From Eledone cirrhosa (Eukaryota): a stretch of DNA of 64,000 bases. This document shows positions 1-14,167 of the stretch, in pieces. The position numbers were made by a program, and so were the translations under genes. The DNA is taken from positions 358,856,001 to 358,920,000 of the forward strand of contig OZ024743.1 in the NCBI GenBank assembly GCA_964016885.1, in the 5' to 3' direction. Position 1 is the first letter of the stretch, and the number at the start of each line of letters is the position of its first letter. Under the pieces are notes generated by a model. That model was not told the origin of the DNA and did no database searches. It saw only the letters and a program-made list of their open reading frames with translations.

Positions 1-1990
1 AAAGGGCAATTTTCACTCCGCCTACAATTACAATTTCGGTGTGTGCTGTTGTTCGTGCCTTGGGATGGCCGGTTGCTAAAACCCTCCTGTCATGGAATGT
101 GTTCTTCTGAGGTGTTGTTAGCAACCTCAGGTATCTCATTAGCCAATGTGCTAGGTTGTTGGTGGTTATTTACAGATTTGATATCCTTGAATCCTACTCT
201 AATTTTCCTATTATTAGTACGAGCTAGGTGGTAAGCCAGGTTAGGGGGTAGTGGAGTAAGATAATTTAATCGTATTTTCATTAAATATACTATGGTATCT
301 ACTTCCAGGCGGGAAATTCTTTTCTAGGATTAAGAAGGTTTTGGGAATGTTAGTTAAGACTTCAGAGTTGTATGGTGGGATAAAGAAAGTGTTCATTCTT
401 CTTCTATTTTTTCTATTTTTCCCCACTACAGTCCGGTTAATATTAGAGCTACAAAACCTCCCACCGCCTACAAAACCATTGCCACTATATACCTGCTGTG
501 AAACTCTCGCATTATTTTGGTCAACACGCCCTCTAAGATCACCACCATGCGAATAGTTCTAGATCTCAACACCCCGCTATTAGTGTAACCAGTAGGAGTA
601 TGTGGAGGATGTACAGCAGGGCCAGTCAGTCTGGGCCGGGCTGAATTAATCACCGTATGGGTCTTATCCAAAGTCCTATTACTATTACTATTATTATTCA
701 AAGACATATTGTGCATGAAAATACTATTATGTCCAGCATGGGTTGATTGGGAGCTAGTAGCTACGTAAAATAGTTTATTCCTATAGCCAGACTTAGCTAG
801 TGCCTCGTTATAATAATCCACATTAGAGTTGAAAATGCCCTCATTACAAAATAAACGGCTAATTCTATTAGATACTCCTTTAATAATAGCATTCAGTACT
901 GATTTAGGATGGTTGGAATTAGCATTCACATATGTTAGTCTCTCATTAGGTTTATGATAAGGTGTCAAAATCTTATTTTCTAGGTCAAGTGTTACATCTA
1001 AGAAATTCACTGTTCTATTATTCTTATCTATAGTTATACCAAGGTTAAAACCTTTAAAAAATTTACGCAGGTCCTTCTTTGTCCTATCAAGTTTATATTT
1101 TTTATGCTCAAGGGTAAGGAGGGCGTCGTCTCGGTATAACCCACCGCGAAGATATGGAAGTGCCTTATGCAGCTCATGGAGTAGGTAAAGTACGACTAAA
1201 TCAGTTACCTGGGCAGAGTCACCAGATCCCATTGTGATATCAAAGTTGTTAGTTGTGTTTTTCCGTGTCCATAATTGTTCCTCAAATAGGATTAAAGTTT
1301 TACATGCGGCTAAAACGATATCAACTTGGGATCTGGTTAGATCACTATTCTGCATGGCCATGATGAGGGCCTTATTCAAAAGAATGGGAGATATAGATGT
1401 GTAATATGAATCAATATCAAACTGGACAAACATAAGGGATTTATGGTTACTAATTCTGGAGAACCATTCAATCACTTCCTCCGTATTCCCCCACAGGTTA
1501 AGGTAAATTTTATTTCTAATTACCGGAATGACTGTCCAAAATCTTCTTACTTATGATCCCTATGTCCGACTTAGATGGGCTAATCAATCTAACAGAGGGG
1601 TTGCTAATAAAGTCTTCCTTGTGATCTTTTAGTGTAAACCTAGGTTGTTTAGGGGTGAAAGGTTGGGTATGTTTCTCTAGTTTTAATTTTCTAACAATAT
1701 CGAGCCCCTCTTTATTTCATCCAAGTTAGTGTAGGTTGTCTTTTTTATATAGTTCTTATTGAGTTCATTATAAATGAATCTGCGATACGTTATATAATCT
1801 AGGCTATAAATATTTTTAGTTTTATCTGATGGGACTAGGATAGAGTCATTATCGCCAAAATTCTTAACTATAGATTTGAGGTATCTACGGAATTTATTAG
1901 TATCGACATGATTTTTCCTGTATTTAACATTCCTTACCATAATTAAAAAATCGTTCTCAAAGTCATCTAACAAACTGATATGTGGTGGAT
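1..1990 (-). mobile_element. Penelope-like retroelement, frameshifted RT region running off the window start
   Basis: ORF 468-1475 has PLE RT motifs (QFDIDSYYTSI, FDITMGSGDSAQVTDL, GGLYRDDAL, NFLDVTLDL, YHKPN). ORFs 1683-1973 (SDKTKNIY) and 241-426 (IPPYNSEV..IKLSYSTTP) are collinear with the PLE at 54615-56199. Confidence 0.9.
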
Positions 1991-2238
1991 TCTTCCTTTT
2001 ACTTTTTTATTATGTTTTAACCATTGTTTGCATTTTTTGCTTTTGTGTGCCATCAATTGTATCTGTATCTCGTGAGATCTGCTTGTGCCCTAGCATTTAG
2101 CTGTGGTGCTTAACAACCCCAGCATGTACTCTCTCCTTATTCACCATCTCCGATCTCCCTATCTTTACCCTCTATTGTATTCCGATTGTTTGTGTGACTA
2201 AGCTTGGTAGAACTTATACACAGCATTGTGTTTATTAA

Positions 2239-2283
2239 GCTCTGATTATTCCTACCAAACGGTATGGATGAAACATTGTAAGC
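2239..2283 (+). ncRNA. Hammerhead-like motif (core CUGAUUA) followed by AATAAA; probable PLE pLTR
   Basis: gct-CTGATTA-t-tcctacc aaac ggtatgga-t-GAAAC att GTA-agc; stem I gct/agc; G8 is replaced by U. Confidence 0.55.
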
Positions 2284-2430
2284 AAATAAAAACTGTTTGA
2301 GTATGTAAGCGTTCTTTGGTTTCTTTTACATATAACGGCTCTGTTCTCGTACATTGAGCTAATACAATACGGTCAAAATATAACACGGTGCGTGTGTGTT
2401 TATGCACATGCACTCCGTGCTATACGTACG

Positions 2431-2742
<312 letters not shown>

Positions 2743-2792
2743 ATATATATATTCCAACTCACCCTATATATATATATATATGTTTGTGTATA

Positions 2793-2964
<172 letters not shown>

Positions 2965-2972
2965 TATACACA

Positions 2973-3046
<74 letters not shown>

Positions 3047-3574
3047 GAGTTGGAATAGACAGCTGTTGAGCCGTGACTTATTTTCAAGGAATTAAAATTG
3101 AAAATAACATTCCTTTTTATTGATCAGTGAAAGAATTTCAGATGAAGCAGCGAATGTCTATATTTATCCGTCGGCTTCTCACACCATCGCTCTCCTTGTT
3201 TCTCACTCTTTCTCTCTTTCTAACCCTCTCTCTTTGTCTATCTAACTCTCTAACCTTCTCTCAGACTCCCTGTCATTGATTTCACACTCATTTTCTTGTT
3301 CCCATATTCACACATTCTGTCATTTTCTCATTCTCCCTCAGTAATTCTTTTGCACTTTCCCATTTGTTTTTTCTTTCTCTCTTTAGTACCCTCCTTCATT
3401 ACTTTTGAAAAAATGATTTCAGTCATTAAACTGTGGCCCTACTGGAGCACCACATTATACGGATTTAGTCGTTCATATTAATCGATCCCATTTCTTTTTA
3501 TTTTTCAAGTCTGGTACTTATTTTATTGAGCTCTTTTTTGTCGAATAGCTAAGAAAACACACGCACATATATAT

Positions 3575-3740
3575 ATCCGTCGGACTTCTGCATAGTTTCT
3601 GCCTACCAAGTTCCACTCACTAGGTATTGGTCAATCCGATGATATAATAGAAAGTACCTGCCCAAGGTGTCACGTAGCGAAGCTGAATCCGAAACCACGT
3701 GATTGAAAAGTGTGCTCCTTAATTACAATCAAACCTGCGC
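3575..3740 (-). mobile_element. tRNA-derived SINE, diverged
   Basis: Similar to 10560-10900 (caaccacgtggtt..gattcag, gacggaaact). Confidence 0.5.
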
Positions 3741-4101
3741 CTTTGTCTGTCTGTCACTCTGTTTGTCTGTCCGTCTTTCTCTCTCTCATTAATATCCCTT
3801 TTTTCTTATTCCTTTCTCATTATTTCGTTCTTTTTCTCGTTCGTTCTTTCTATAATCTTTTATTGCTCCCTATTTTTCCATCTCATTCTCTCATTCATTC
3901 TATTAACCTCTCATCTCTCCCCCTCTCTCTCCCTCTCTCTCTCCCATACTCTCTATGTTGTCACAAATCCTCCCCTACCCTCCCGCCCCTCTTCCCTCTT
4001 GCCATCATCTCTCCTTTTCTTCCCTCCTTCCTTTCTTTCCCCATTCGCTTTTGCAGTTTCCCTAAACTCTCTTTTTTTCCTCGCACCCTCACACCTCATA
4101 T

Positions 4102-4159
4102 TTCTTCTTCTTCTTCTTCTTCTTCTTCTTCTTCTTCTTCTTCTTTCCTCTCCGGTGTC

Positions 4160-4206
<47 letters not shown>

Positions 4207-4230
4207 ACCACCACCACCACCACCACTACT
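4102..4230. repeat. Compound (TTC)n-(CCG)n-(CCA)n microsatellite
   Basis: Read directly from the sequence. Confidence 0.95.
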
Positions 4231-4774
4231 CTGGTAATGATCGCCAGTATTAGTCAGTCTAGCTGGCTAAAACTGATGCTTCTAATACACCACCGTATCA
4301 TTTATGTAATAATGCTTTTGTTTGTTCACACAAACAAGGGAAATCTGAAGCGCCTGCAAGGGAAATTAAAGGTTACAATAAATAAGTAAATAAATACCAG
4401 ACTGGCAGTGTGCGTAGTGAGTTCACTCTGCCATCACGTCGTCTGGGTTCAGTCCTGCTACGCGACACTCTGTTCAAATGTCTTCTACTATTTTCAGTAA
4501 TGATTTGTGGAACATTTTATTCTATGTAAAAATATATATGATGTAAATACAATTTAATAGAAAAAAAAAAAAGAATTTAGGTTGAGAAGAAAGAATGGAA
4601 TGTAAATTAAGAAAGTATAAAAAAGCCCGGAAAAATAAAGGAATGGCAAGTGCCCTAGTGTTACAGACGAATGAGGATGGGGTGAGGGTGATTGGGCTCT
4701 GGGTCTAGTATGGTAATGGCACTGTACTCCGCAAAAGCATTAAGCGACATAATTAAATAAGCAGAAAAAAAGTT

Positions 4775-5095
4775 AACCTCCATCAAGTTGAACCTTCCAG
4801 TTGATAGGATCAACGGAACAGCCTGATCATCAAATTAAACGTGGAAGTGGTTGAACATTTGACAGACACATATACTCTTAATGTAATTCCCTGGGGGACC
4901 CAGAGAGATTTAGCGTGATAGAGTATGTGACAAGTCTAGCCCTCTGAATTACAGGTACCTCATTTTTACCAGCCGAGCGGACTGGAGTAACGTGAAATAA
5001 AATGTCTTGATCAGGGACACAACGTACCGCTGGGAATCGAACGCACAACCTTACGACCATGAACAGAACACACTAACCACTTAGCCACATGCCGT
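4775..5095 (-). mobile_element. tRNA-derived SINE
   Basis: A box gtggctaagtggt and B box gttcgattcc on the minus strand; the 3' body recurs at ~11850-12000 (-), 32350-32510 (+) and 33150-33225 (+). Confidence 0.7.
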
Positions 5096-5349
5096 CACGG
5101 AACAAAGAGTATTATAAAAGCTGAAGGAAAAAAAACAAAACAAACAAACAAACCCACCCCATTCAGTCATGATTGACCAAGGGTTTGCCATCAGAAAAAG
5201 TTCCTCTCCATGACGCAATTCTGAGCAAGGTGACTTGTGGCAGACCACTAGTCGCCCATGTATGTCCGTCTCCCCTCTCTCCACGTTACAGCTAGGCACC
5301 AGTGACATCGGAACACTATATAGACATGACACACACTATATACACGCTA

Positions 5350-5426
<77 letters not shown>

Positions 5427-5441
5427 TTTTTTGTCGAATCG

Positions 5442-5531
5442 CCAGTCCGAAGAGCAGATTGATAATGGAGTCGGGTCCATAACTTCTATGGGTGACCCTG
5501 AGCCAATCCTCTGAGAAACGCGCGTAACAGG
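5442..5531 (+). ncRNA. Degenerate hammerhead-like motif with long stem II
   Basis: ccagt-CCGAAGA-gcaga...tctga-GAAAC gcgc GTA-acagg; U4 is C and stem I has one mismatch. Confidence 0.4.
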
Positions 5532-5793
5532 CTGATACACAATAAAAGAACTAAATACATGTAAACGAAACTTCATCATTTTTATTAATATTTACACTCT
5601 GCCTGATCATCGATCGAGTGCTTGTTTTGGTACCAGCACCTGTAATTCACTGAATCACATACACTATATATAGCTGTTGAAACGGCAGGAGCTCAGTCGT
5701 TGGGATCCCGGATTTGTTTATATTACCCAGTCTACTACCCCAAGTATCGAGTACTCTGGTGAGTAATGGTCTAACTGGTTTTTATGCCTCTAT

Positions 5794-5825
<32 letters not shown>

Positions 5826-5827
5826 CC

Positions 5828-5956
5828 AGGGGGTGTAACTAGGAGTTACTGCAGGTTCACCCGGGAGACTCCATTATCAATCTGATCAGTGGCGAAACGC
5901 GCGTCACATATCAATAAATGCAATGAAGGAATAATCAATCGTCCTTGTTATCCTTT

Positions 5957-5960
<4 letters not shown>
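5828..5960 (+). mobile_element. Family G short element with an inverted 5' segment
   Basis: 5882-5960 matches 37085-37165 directly; 5829-5865 matches 37227-37265 in reverse complement. Confidence 0.75.
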
Positions 5961-5998
<38 letters not shown>

Positions 5999-6002
<4 letters not shown>

Positions 6003-6155
6003 ATAATAATAAATTTGAAGACTGAAATCCAAAGAAGGCTCGATAAGGATAAATATATATCAAATATATAAGAACCGTAGAGCAAATATTTCAGAAGATC
6101 CCGTTAAGGGTGAAAGCAGCGATTCTTTGCTTAAACTTTAATCTGTTATTTTAAT
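5999..6155 (+). mobile_element. Family B pLTR fragment with an inverted 5' half
   Basis: 6090-6155 matches 57197-57262; 5999-6089 is the reverse complement of 57263-57355. Confidence 0.85.
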
Positions 6156-6567
6156 ATATACATATATATATATATATAGACCCACAACGCAGTATTGCAC
6201 ACTTACGGATGTGCCCTAAGCAAAGTAATACATATATAAGCACAGGCGTGCACACACACTACACGAGAAAAACCGAGAAGAGAACCAGAGCATAAACGTC
6301 CATGCACACACACACACACACATATATATCTATAAGCAGTCAAGGAAAATCAACACAGAACAATCATTTTTAATGATAGTATATTAGTTTAATCCTTGCA
6401 GACGTGTATTTGAGTATCTCTCTCTTTCTCTCTCTATCTCTCTCTCTATATATATATATCCGTATGTGGTTGACGGCTGAGAAAAAAGGAGTACTCAATA
6501 CCAATGTAATATTCATTTTATGAAGGCTAAATAGTAAGTCTTGTTACTCTGGAGTTTCGCCAGTTTA

Positions 6568-6657
<90 letters not shown>

Positions 6658-6808
6658 GCATTCACATACATACATGTGTGTATGTGTGTGTACTTATATA
6701 TGTATATTTATATATACATATATACATGGATGTATATGTATGTGTGTATATATATATATATATATGGGCATGAAGTATTAGGTACATTTTGTCTGTTCTT
6801 CACACTTA

Positions 6809-6846
<38 letters not shown>

Positions 6847-7179
6847 CACACATGTCCGCCCCACCCCCACTCTGAAAAGCGTGAACCTAATAAACTACCA
6901 TTTGTACTGCCTCTCTGTTTTTTTTTGTTCCTGTCTAATATTTAACTATATATACATACATATATATATATATATATATACATACATACTTACATACATA
7001 CATGCATGCATACATGCATGCATACATACACAGCCACGCATTAAAATATATTCGTAGCTACATGTATATACGCACATACATAAACACGCCCATACAAAAA
7101 TTACAACACTGAAAAAAGTACAATGCAAAGAACACAATAAATAAATAAAAGAGAGTTAAGCAATAAATGGGAATGACAC

Positions 7180-7340
7180 CTGACCTTTAGCGGGTTCAAT
7201 CGCAACCCGACTACGTCACAAGAACACCGGCATTTGATTGGTTAAACTATCACAGTAGTCTGACTCGAAAGACACAGCAGTGTGTCAGCTCGCGCGTGCG
7301 TCTGTATACGAAGAGAGCGAGCAGTTTTTCTCAGTCAGCA
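7180..7340. promoter_or_regulatory. Candidate promoter upstream of the GT92-like exon
   Basis: Locally CpG-rich unique sequence with a CRE-like ctacgtca (~7211) and a reverse CCAAT box gattggtt (~7236), about 1.5 kb upstream of the ATG. Confidence 0.3.
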
Positions 7341-8187
7341 TAACGTCTTCAGGGTTAGCAGGAATTCGCCTTCCCACCTTTCCAGTTTAGTGTACAGATG
7401 CGCCTAGCAGTCCAGCTTGGCATTGGAGTATTGATATATTATCAATGTCAACAAATGACCTCCCCAAACGCAAATAGAAGCGCAAACTCTCGCTCGTATA
7501 TTTATACATAAACAGACACCGACACTCATCTACATGCGGACAACGACATTCACACACACACTGTTACGTTTATATAAACACACAAAGTTTATATGCTTAC
7601 AACAGCATTCACACATTTTCTTACATTTATATATAAACAGTCTCAGTCTACATGCATTCAACGGCATTCACACACCCTCTAACATTTATATATAAACAGT
7701 CGCAGCCACATATACTCATCTACATGCAGTTAGCGGTATTAACACTAAGAAGCGGTCAAAACATATCAGTTTGAAGCCTTTTTTCAATTTCCTTCGAAGA
7801 CCAGCGCGCAATTTGATTTCTCCTGTCGTCCCCTACTATAACAGGAATGTTAGCATTGTTAACGAGCACACTGCTATCATCTGTCAATAGGAAGATCTTA
7901 ACAACAAGGATACTGTATACGCTTTACTCAGAGCATTTGATACTATTTGCTTTTGCACCTATAGTAGCTGTGTCGTGTTTGTGTGAAGTTGGATTTCGTG
8001 CCAGCCTAGCATTGTTAACAGCCCGAAAAACGAGAGATATCACAAGAAGGACCGAGATAAAGTGTCAGTGAGTGAGAGAGTGAGTGAGTGTGTGAGTGAG
8101 TGAGTGCGTGTGTGTGGGTGTGGGTGTGTGTGTGTGTGCGTGTATGTACGTGTGTGCGTGCGTGCGTGTGTGTGTGTGAGTGGCAGT

Positions 8188-8246
<59 letters not shown>

Positions 8247-8650
8247 CTGGACAGATGAAACATTACGACATAATAGAAGGGAAAGAAAGCGAAAGGGTGG
8301 GTGAGAATGAAAGAAGCGCGATAAAAATAGATTGAAAATAAGAGTTAGTGGGAGGTAATATGAAAGAAATATTGAGAGAAAGAGAGTGAGTTGAAAGTGT
8401 CAGAAAAAAAGTTATTTTCTAAAGCTACGCACAACAAAACATTTTGAAAATGCATAACACAAGTAAACAGACGATATTCTTATTTAAGACAGTTAATCCG
8501 ATCTCGGAACTTTTTTTTCTATTTTTATCAAATCGGAGTACAAATACGAAATGAAAGAGATTATCAACAGAACTTGGGACACATTTATACTGCTTTTGTG
8601 TTCTGGTTTACTGGCCAAAGTATTCTGTGTTCAATCTACCGCTTCCCTTT

Positions 8651-8725
<75 letters not shown>

Positions 8726-8785
8726 TGAGAGAGATTTATCTAAGGAAAACAAAATATAAATTTATAGAATCCTGTTCAAAGTATA

Positions 8786-9552
8786 ATGAGGATTTATCTT
8801 CGTCGTCTCATTTTTATCTCTTTACTAACACTTACAATTCCCTTGCTATGGATAAACATTCCAAAAGAATACAGTGAAAGCAATAACCGTAGCCAACATT
8901 TTCACAATTCGATTAGAAATAAGGAATTTCCTAAAAAAATAACAGTTAGAAAAATATATACACCTTCAAAAATTCGAACTTCTAATGTGATTAATAATGA
9001 TCACTGGATGAAAAGCGATCCATCTTCCCGCGTACACCAATCCAGTCTGTCCCGGAGGCGTTTAACAACGCGATATATCCGACGTAGCAACAGCAATATA
9101 TATTCGTCCATTCATGTGAATTATTCTTTAAGGGATATCCAAAATTCTATCGACATACTCTTACAAAAAAATACTCACAAACTAGGAGATGAGGAGGAGA
9201 ATATAAATAGTAATAAAAAGAAAGAAATGCAGCCTCGTGTTTTTCAAGCGATCTCCAATTCTTTACCAAAAAGCGAATGTGGTAATATGCAGGGAATTCC
9301 AGAGGGAAAATACCAAACGTGGCAGTTAATGACGAGAACTAGGGATGCTTGGGTTTTTTCGGCATTCTATGAAAATTTGACTGGACCCTTAATAAGAATA
9401 ATTGGTGCAAAAGCCCGGTGGATTTCATCGGACATACATTGTCAGTTATGGTTCAATGTAACCTCAAACAGCAACAATTCCTCCGACACAAAACTTCATC
9501 TAGTGGTTGTGTCTGCTTCTGTGAAGAATATACCAGAAGACCACAGCAGGAA
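8786..9552 (+). CDS. First coding exon of a type II membrane glycosyltransferase-like protein (GT92/DUF23-like)
   Basis: ATG, short basic N-terminus, TM helix (LIFISLLTLTIPLLWI), stem region, then WVFSAFY..IRIIG..HCQLWF typical of invertebrate GT92 N-domains. The exon ends at the splice donor AA|GTAAGT at 9552/9553. Confidence 0.75.
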
Positions 9553-9737
9553 GTAAGTGATCAATTTAATAATAATAATAATAATAATGATTTCATTTAT
9601 TAGCCACAAGGGCCGACATGTAGGGGACAATACAAAGACAGGGACAGTGGAGGTTTACAATAAGGTCGAGTAAAAGTGCACAATGGCAAGACTAATTTAA
9701 CAATGAAAATATAAAAATATAAAATAAACTATGCATA

Positions 9738-9779
<42 letters not shown>

Positions 9780-9929
9780 CATGATGACAATGTGGGCGAT
9801 AAAAACAGAAACAATCCATAAGTTCTAGGAATGGTAACACACACGCACACACACGCACGCACACGCACACACACACATATATATATACACGCACATACAC
9901 AAATAATTTAAGCACAAAGCTCAAAATTA

Positions 9930-10110
9930 TTGAAGGGAGAGGAAAGTTGATTATATTGACCTCAGCGCATAACTGGTATTTAATTTTATCGACCCTAGAA
10001 GGATGAAAGGCAAAGTTTACGTCGGCGGAGTTTGAACTCTACATGTAAAGAGCCAGAACAAATACAGCAAAACATTTGTCTGGCGCTCCAGCATTTCTGT
10101 CAATCCACAG
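9930..10110 (-). mobile_element. Nin-domain tRNA-SINE, diverged
   Basis: Contains ttttatcgaccc..ggatgaaaggcaaagtt..tttgaactc. Confidence 0.7.
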
Positions 10111-10559
10111 CCCTCAGACAGACAAATACACAATAAAAGCCCCAGGACGCCCAAATATATACAACGTAAATGAAATAGTAGTTTTAGCATATATACTGTT
10201 CTGCACACATATTACGTTGCTCCTTTCTATACAATAGAAACAACCCCCAAACAATACTGTACATTAAAATACAACTAATGTTGATAATAATAATGATTTC
10301 ATCTATTGGCCACAACAGGACACTAATATTAAATAATACTTTCTTAATTTATCACCAGGGAAACACAGATGAAAGTATTTATATACATTGATGAAAAGTA
10401 ATAATATTTTATGGGTTATAACATAAACATCACAGAGAGAAAGAAATAACGAACCATGCAATATATACGTAACATGTTTACACCGGGCTCTAGAGAGATT
10501 TATTTTCATTCATATATGTATTACTGCTTGTATGAACATTATTCACTTTGTTTTTAAAA

Positions 10560-10905
10560 TATGGTTGTGAGGTTAAGGAGTTCGCTTCGCAACCACGTGG
10601 TTCTAGATTCAGCCCGGCTGCGCAGCATTTTAGGCAACTCTATTATAGCAATGGGTTAACCAATTTATGAGAGGGATTTGGTCGACGGAAACTGCAAAAT
10701 CCCGTCATATAATTGTGTGGATGTGGGCTCGTGCAGATGTTTATGTTTGTGTTTATGTCCCGAAACATAGCGGTTTGACAAACGAGGGATGGATACAATC
10801 AGTATGAAGCATGGAAAAATAAGTACTGCGGTCGGTATGATCAACTAAATAAGGACAAGGCCTTAGCATGGCCATAGTCTAATGACTGAAACTAGTAACA
10901 GAAAA
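10560..10905 (+). mobile_element. tRNA-derived SINE
   Basis: tRNA-like head; related sequences at 3575-3740, ~31200-31340 and ~31990-32120. Confidence 0.55.
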
Positions 10906-11119
10906 AAAGAATATCTTTTCCTAATAAAGCGTACACATTTAGATAGATAGATGGGGGGAGGGGAGGAGGGGAGAAAGAAAGATAGATAGGTAGAGAGAGA
11001 GTGAGAGGGAGAGAAAGTCTGTGTGTGTGTGAGAGAGGGAGCGAGAGAGAGAATGAAATGAATATATGTGCACATAAATGTGTTGGCAGTTACAAATATA
11101 GCATGTTATGTAGAAATAT

Positions 11120-11236
11120 AATTGTTTCTATTTTTGGCACAAGGCCAGCAATTACCCCAGTGCATTACTGGTACTTTATTTTATCGACCCCGTAAGGATG
11201 AAAGGCAAAGTTAACCTCAGCGGGATTTGAACTCAT
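11120..11236 (-). mobile_element. Nin-domain tRNA-SINE, partial
   Basis: Matches 22158-22350 in reverse complement. Confidence 0.8.
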
Positions 11237-11367
11237 AGGAGTATAATGTTGAGATGACAGTAGCGTAGTAGTAAATACATCAACCGGTGTTTCGTCACCT
11301 GCTATTAGAAAAGTATGTATACATGTATTCATATAATATATTGTATGCTGTATAATATAATATATAT

Positions 11368-11556
11368 AATTGTTTCTACGTTAGGCACAAGGCCAGCAAT
11401 TACCCGAGTGCTTTACTGGTACTTTATTTTATCGACCCCGTAAGGATGAAAGGCAAAGTTAACCTTGGCGGGATTTAAAATCAGAATGGCAAGGGCCGTA
11501 ACTCTATACGTCAAAGCATGGCGTCCGACCCTCTACCGATACTGCCAATCCACCGC
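11368..11556 (-). mobile_element. Nin-domain tRNA-SINE, full length
   Basis: Matches 22158-22350 in reverse complement. Confidence 0.85.
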
Positions 11557-11774
11557 TATCTATCCCTCTATACGTCTGTCTGGCTGTCTACTTGCCTGTC
11601 TGACTACCTCTCTTTCTCATCTATCTATCTATATATCTATTCTAAATAACGTATGATAACACATACTTTAGAAAGTTACGCACACACACACGCACGCAAC
11701 ACACGCAACGCACACGCACACACACACACACGCACACACACACGCACACACACACGCACACACACACGCGCGCG

Positions 11775-11843
<69 letters not shown>

Positions 11844-12016
11844 TATGACGGCCTCTCCTGTCGAGAACGACGAATGAATGTCCAGTTAGTTGTTCAAACA
11901 ATTGTACAATCTACTCATTGAATTATCGTGCAGTGGTTGAGTAGTCTCCAGACACGTGTACCCATAAGCTAATTCTCAAGAGGAATTACTGTGACACTGT
12001 ATGACAACGCTGTATG

Positions 12017-12308
12017 CAGCGGTGTGCAGAGCTCTGGTGATGCCTGGGGAAAATCTTGATTGTATGCCCCAAAGACTTGAGTATTTGGGAGCATACAATC
12101 AAGATTTGCCCCGGCCTTATATACTGAGAAATATGAGAAAGGAAAACATTTTGAATATATAAACACAGATGAAACCTGAAATAAACGCTTTATTCGATTT
12201 TAATATAAATCAATCAAATTTATTAAGTCTTTTCCCCAAATGATGCCCACATCCAAAGGATGCCCGGGGCCAACGCACCATCGCCCCCTCCCCCTCTGCA
12301 CGATACTG
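12017..12308. mobile_element. Possible MITE
   Basis: Imperfect terminal inverted repeats cagcggtgtgcagag / ctctgcacgatactg; appears to interrupt a SINE. Confidence 0.35.
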
Positions 12309-12543
12309 GCTGTATGCACTTTTGAATTACAAGTACAGTCAATCCTATGAGTTTTCATCTATTATCTGTTTATCCAAGAGGCTATGGTAAAAGATGTAAT
12401 GAAATGGGACCTAACCTGGGATATAACCGCGTGTGAATCTCTTAACCACGTGGCCTCTATACATCATGTATACATATGAATATATATATATATATTTATA
12501 TGTTCATATATAAATATGAATATATAAATATATATATAAATAT

Positions 12544-12597
<54 letters not shown>

Positions 12598-12664
12598 TTC
12601 GTTTTTGTATTTGTTTTGCAAGTTTTCTTATCTGAAAATGTGTGCTGAAACAGATATTGTTATA

Positions 12665-13189
12665 TTTATAAGTCATTTGGAAGCCTCGACAATGCAAATG
12701 GGTAAATCTCCGGGTAACAAGGTCCGGTGGGGGAGAGAGAGATATGTAAGTGGGTGTACGTTGAGATGCGTGGTGTGTATAAGATGTGTGAGATGTGTAG
12801 AATGAAGGGAAGAGTAAAAGAATAAAAATAATAATAACAACACAAGAGAGAGAGTTACCTTGGGAGAGATTTAATAGTCCCTATATATTTCGGATTCACA
12901 TCCATCAACTGGGGTTTTTTCCGGGGTGGGGGAAAAGGTTGTCTGTCGGACAACTCGGAACGCGTCTTTCGCTGTCTGTTGATTTTATTCTTTTACTCTT
13001 CCCTTCATTCTACACATCTCACACATCTTATACACACCACGCATCTCAACGTACACCCACTTACATATCTCTCTCTCCACCACCGGACCTTGTTACCCGG
13101 AGATTTACCCATTTGCATTGTCGAGGCTTCCAAACGACTTATAAATATTTACTTATTGTTCCACAATGCTTCAAGCAAACTTCAATACT
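12665..13189. mobile_element. 525-bp fold-back insertion with a 14-bp target-site duplication, inside a family C pLTR
   Basis: Arms ~12665-12828 and ~12983-13146 are inverted; cagatattgttata is duplicated at 12651-12664 and 13190-13203; the empty site is seen at ~46400. Confidence 0.8.
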
Positions 13190-13449
13190 CAGATATTGTT
13201 ATACTTTGGAAGGGACAGGCTGCCAATAAAAACACACGCACCTTTTGGGGTTCACTTCAATTTATTATACATTTTTGTTTATATATTGTCAAAGCTCTTT
13301 CATTAAACATTCCACCACCTTAATGACCGGCTTTTTATTTTGTGTCTCTCCTTTGTTCTGTCCTACACCATCCTGTTTATTGTGTGTTGTGTATATGTAT
13401 GTATGTATATACATATATATATATATATATATACGCACACACACACACC

Positions 13450-13528
<79 letters not shown>

Positions 13529-13633
13529 GTATATGTGTGTGTGTGTATATGTGTGTGTGTATATATATATATGTGTGTGTGTATATATATATATGTGTGT
13601 GTGTGTGTATATGTGTGTGTGTATATATTTATA

Positions 13634-13694
<61 letters not shown>

Positions 13695-13765
13695 TTTCTG
13701 AATTTGTTTAGCAAGATTCTTTATCTGAAATCGTGTGTTGAAACCGATATTGTTATACAAAGTAT

Positions 13766-13830
<65 letters not shown>

Positions 13831-14167
13831 TATATAGTAACGGACTAGCCTGGTCGTCAGCTTGCCTGATGGCAAGTGGACACCTCTGAGGACCACGGTA
13901 ATATTTTAGATGTCAATGCAAAAATTTGCTTTCAAAGAAAATATCAGAAGTCCTAGAGGAAAAATAAAAATAAAAAATAAAAATAAACAAATAAAACAAT
14001 TTAACAAAGGAATTGGTTAAACAATTCCCCTGGGAGTTGATATAAATCAAAATAGGCGATACTTTTGAATACAAAATAGGCCAGAATCAATGCATACACA
14101 CATACATACATAAATACATACATATATACACTTCCAATTCCATCAATCTATTTTATTTCTCATTCTT

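Noticed and set aside
12628-12664. tat-CTGAAAA..GAAAC..GTT-ata as a hammerhead
   Set aside because: There is no stem II, the core is not conserved at 13722 or 46378, and the family's real HHR is on the other strand.
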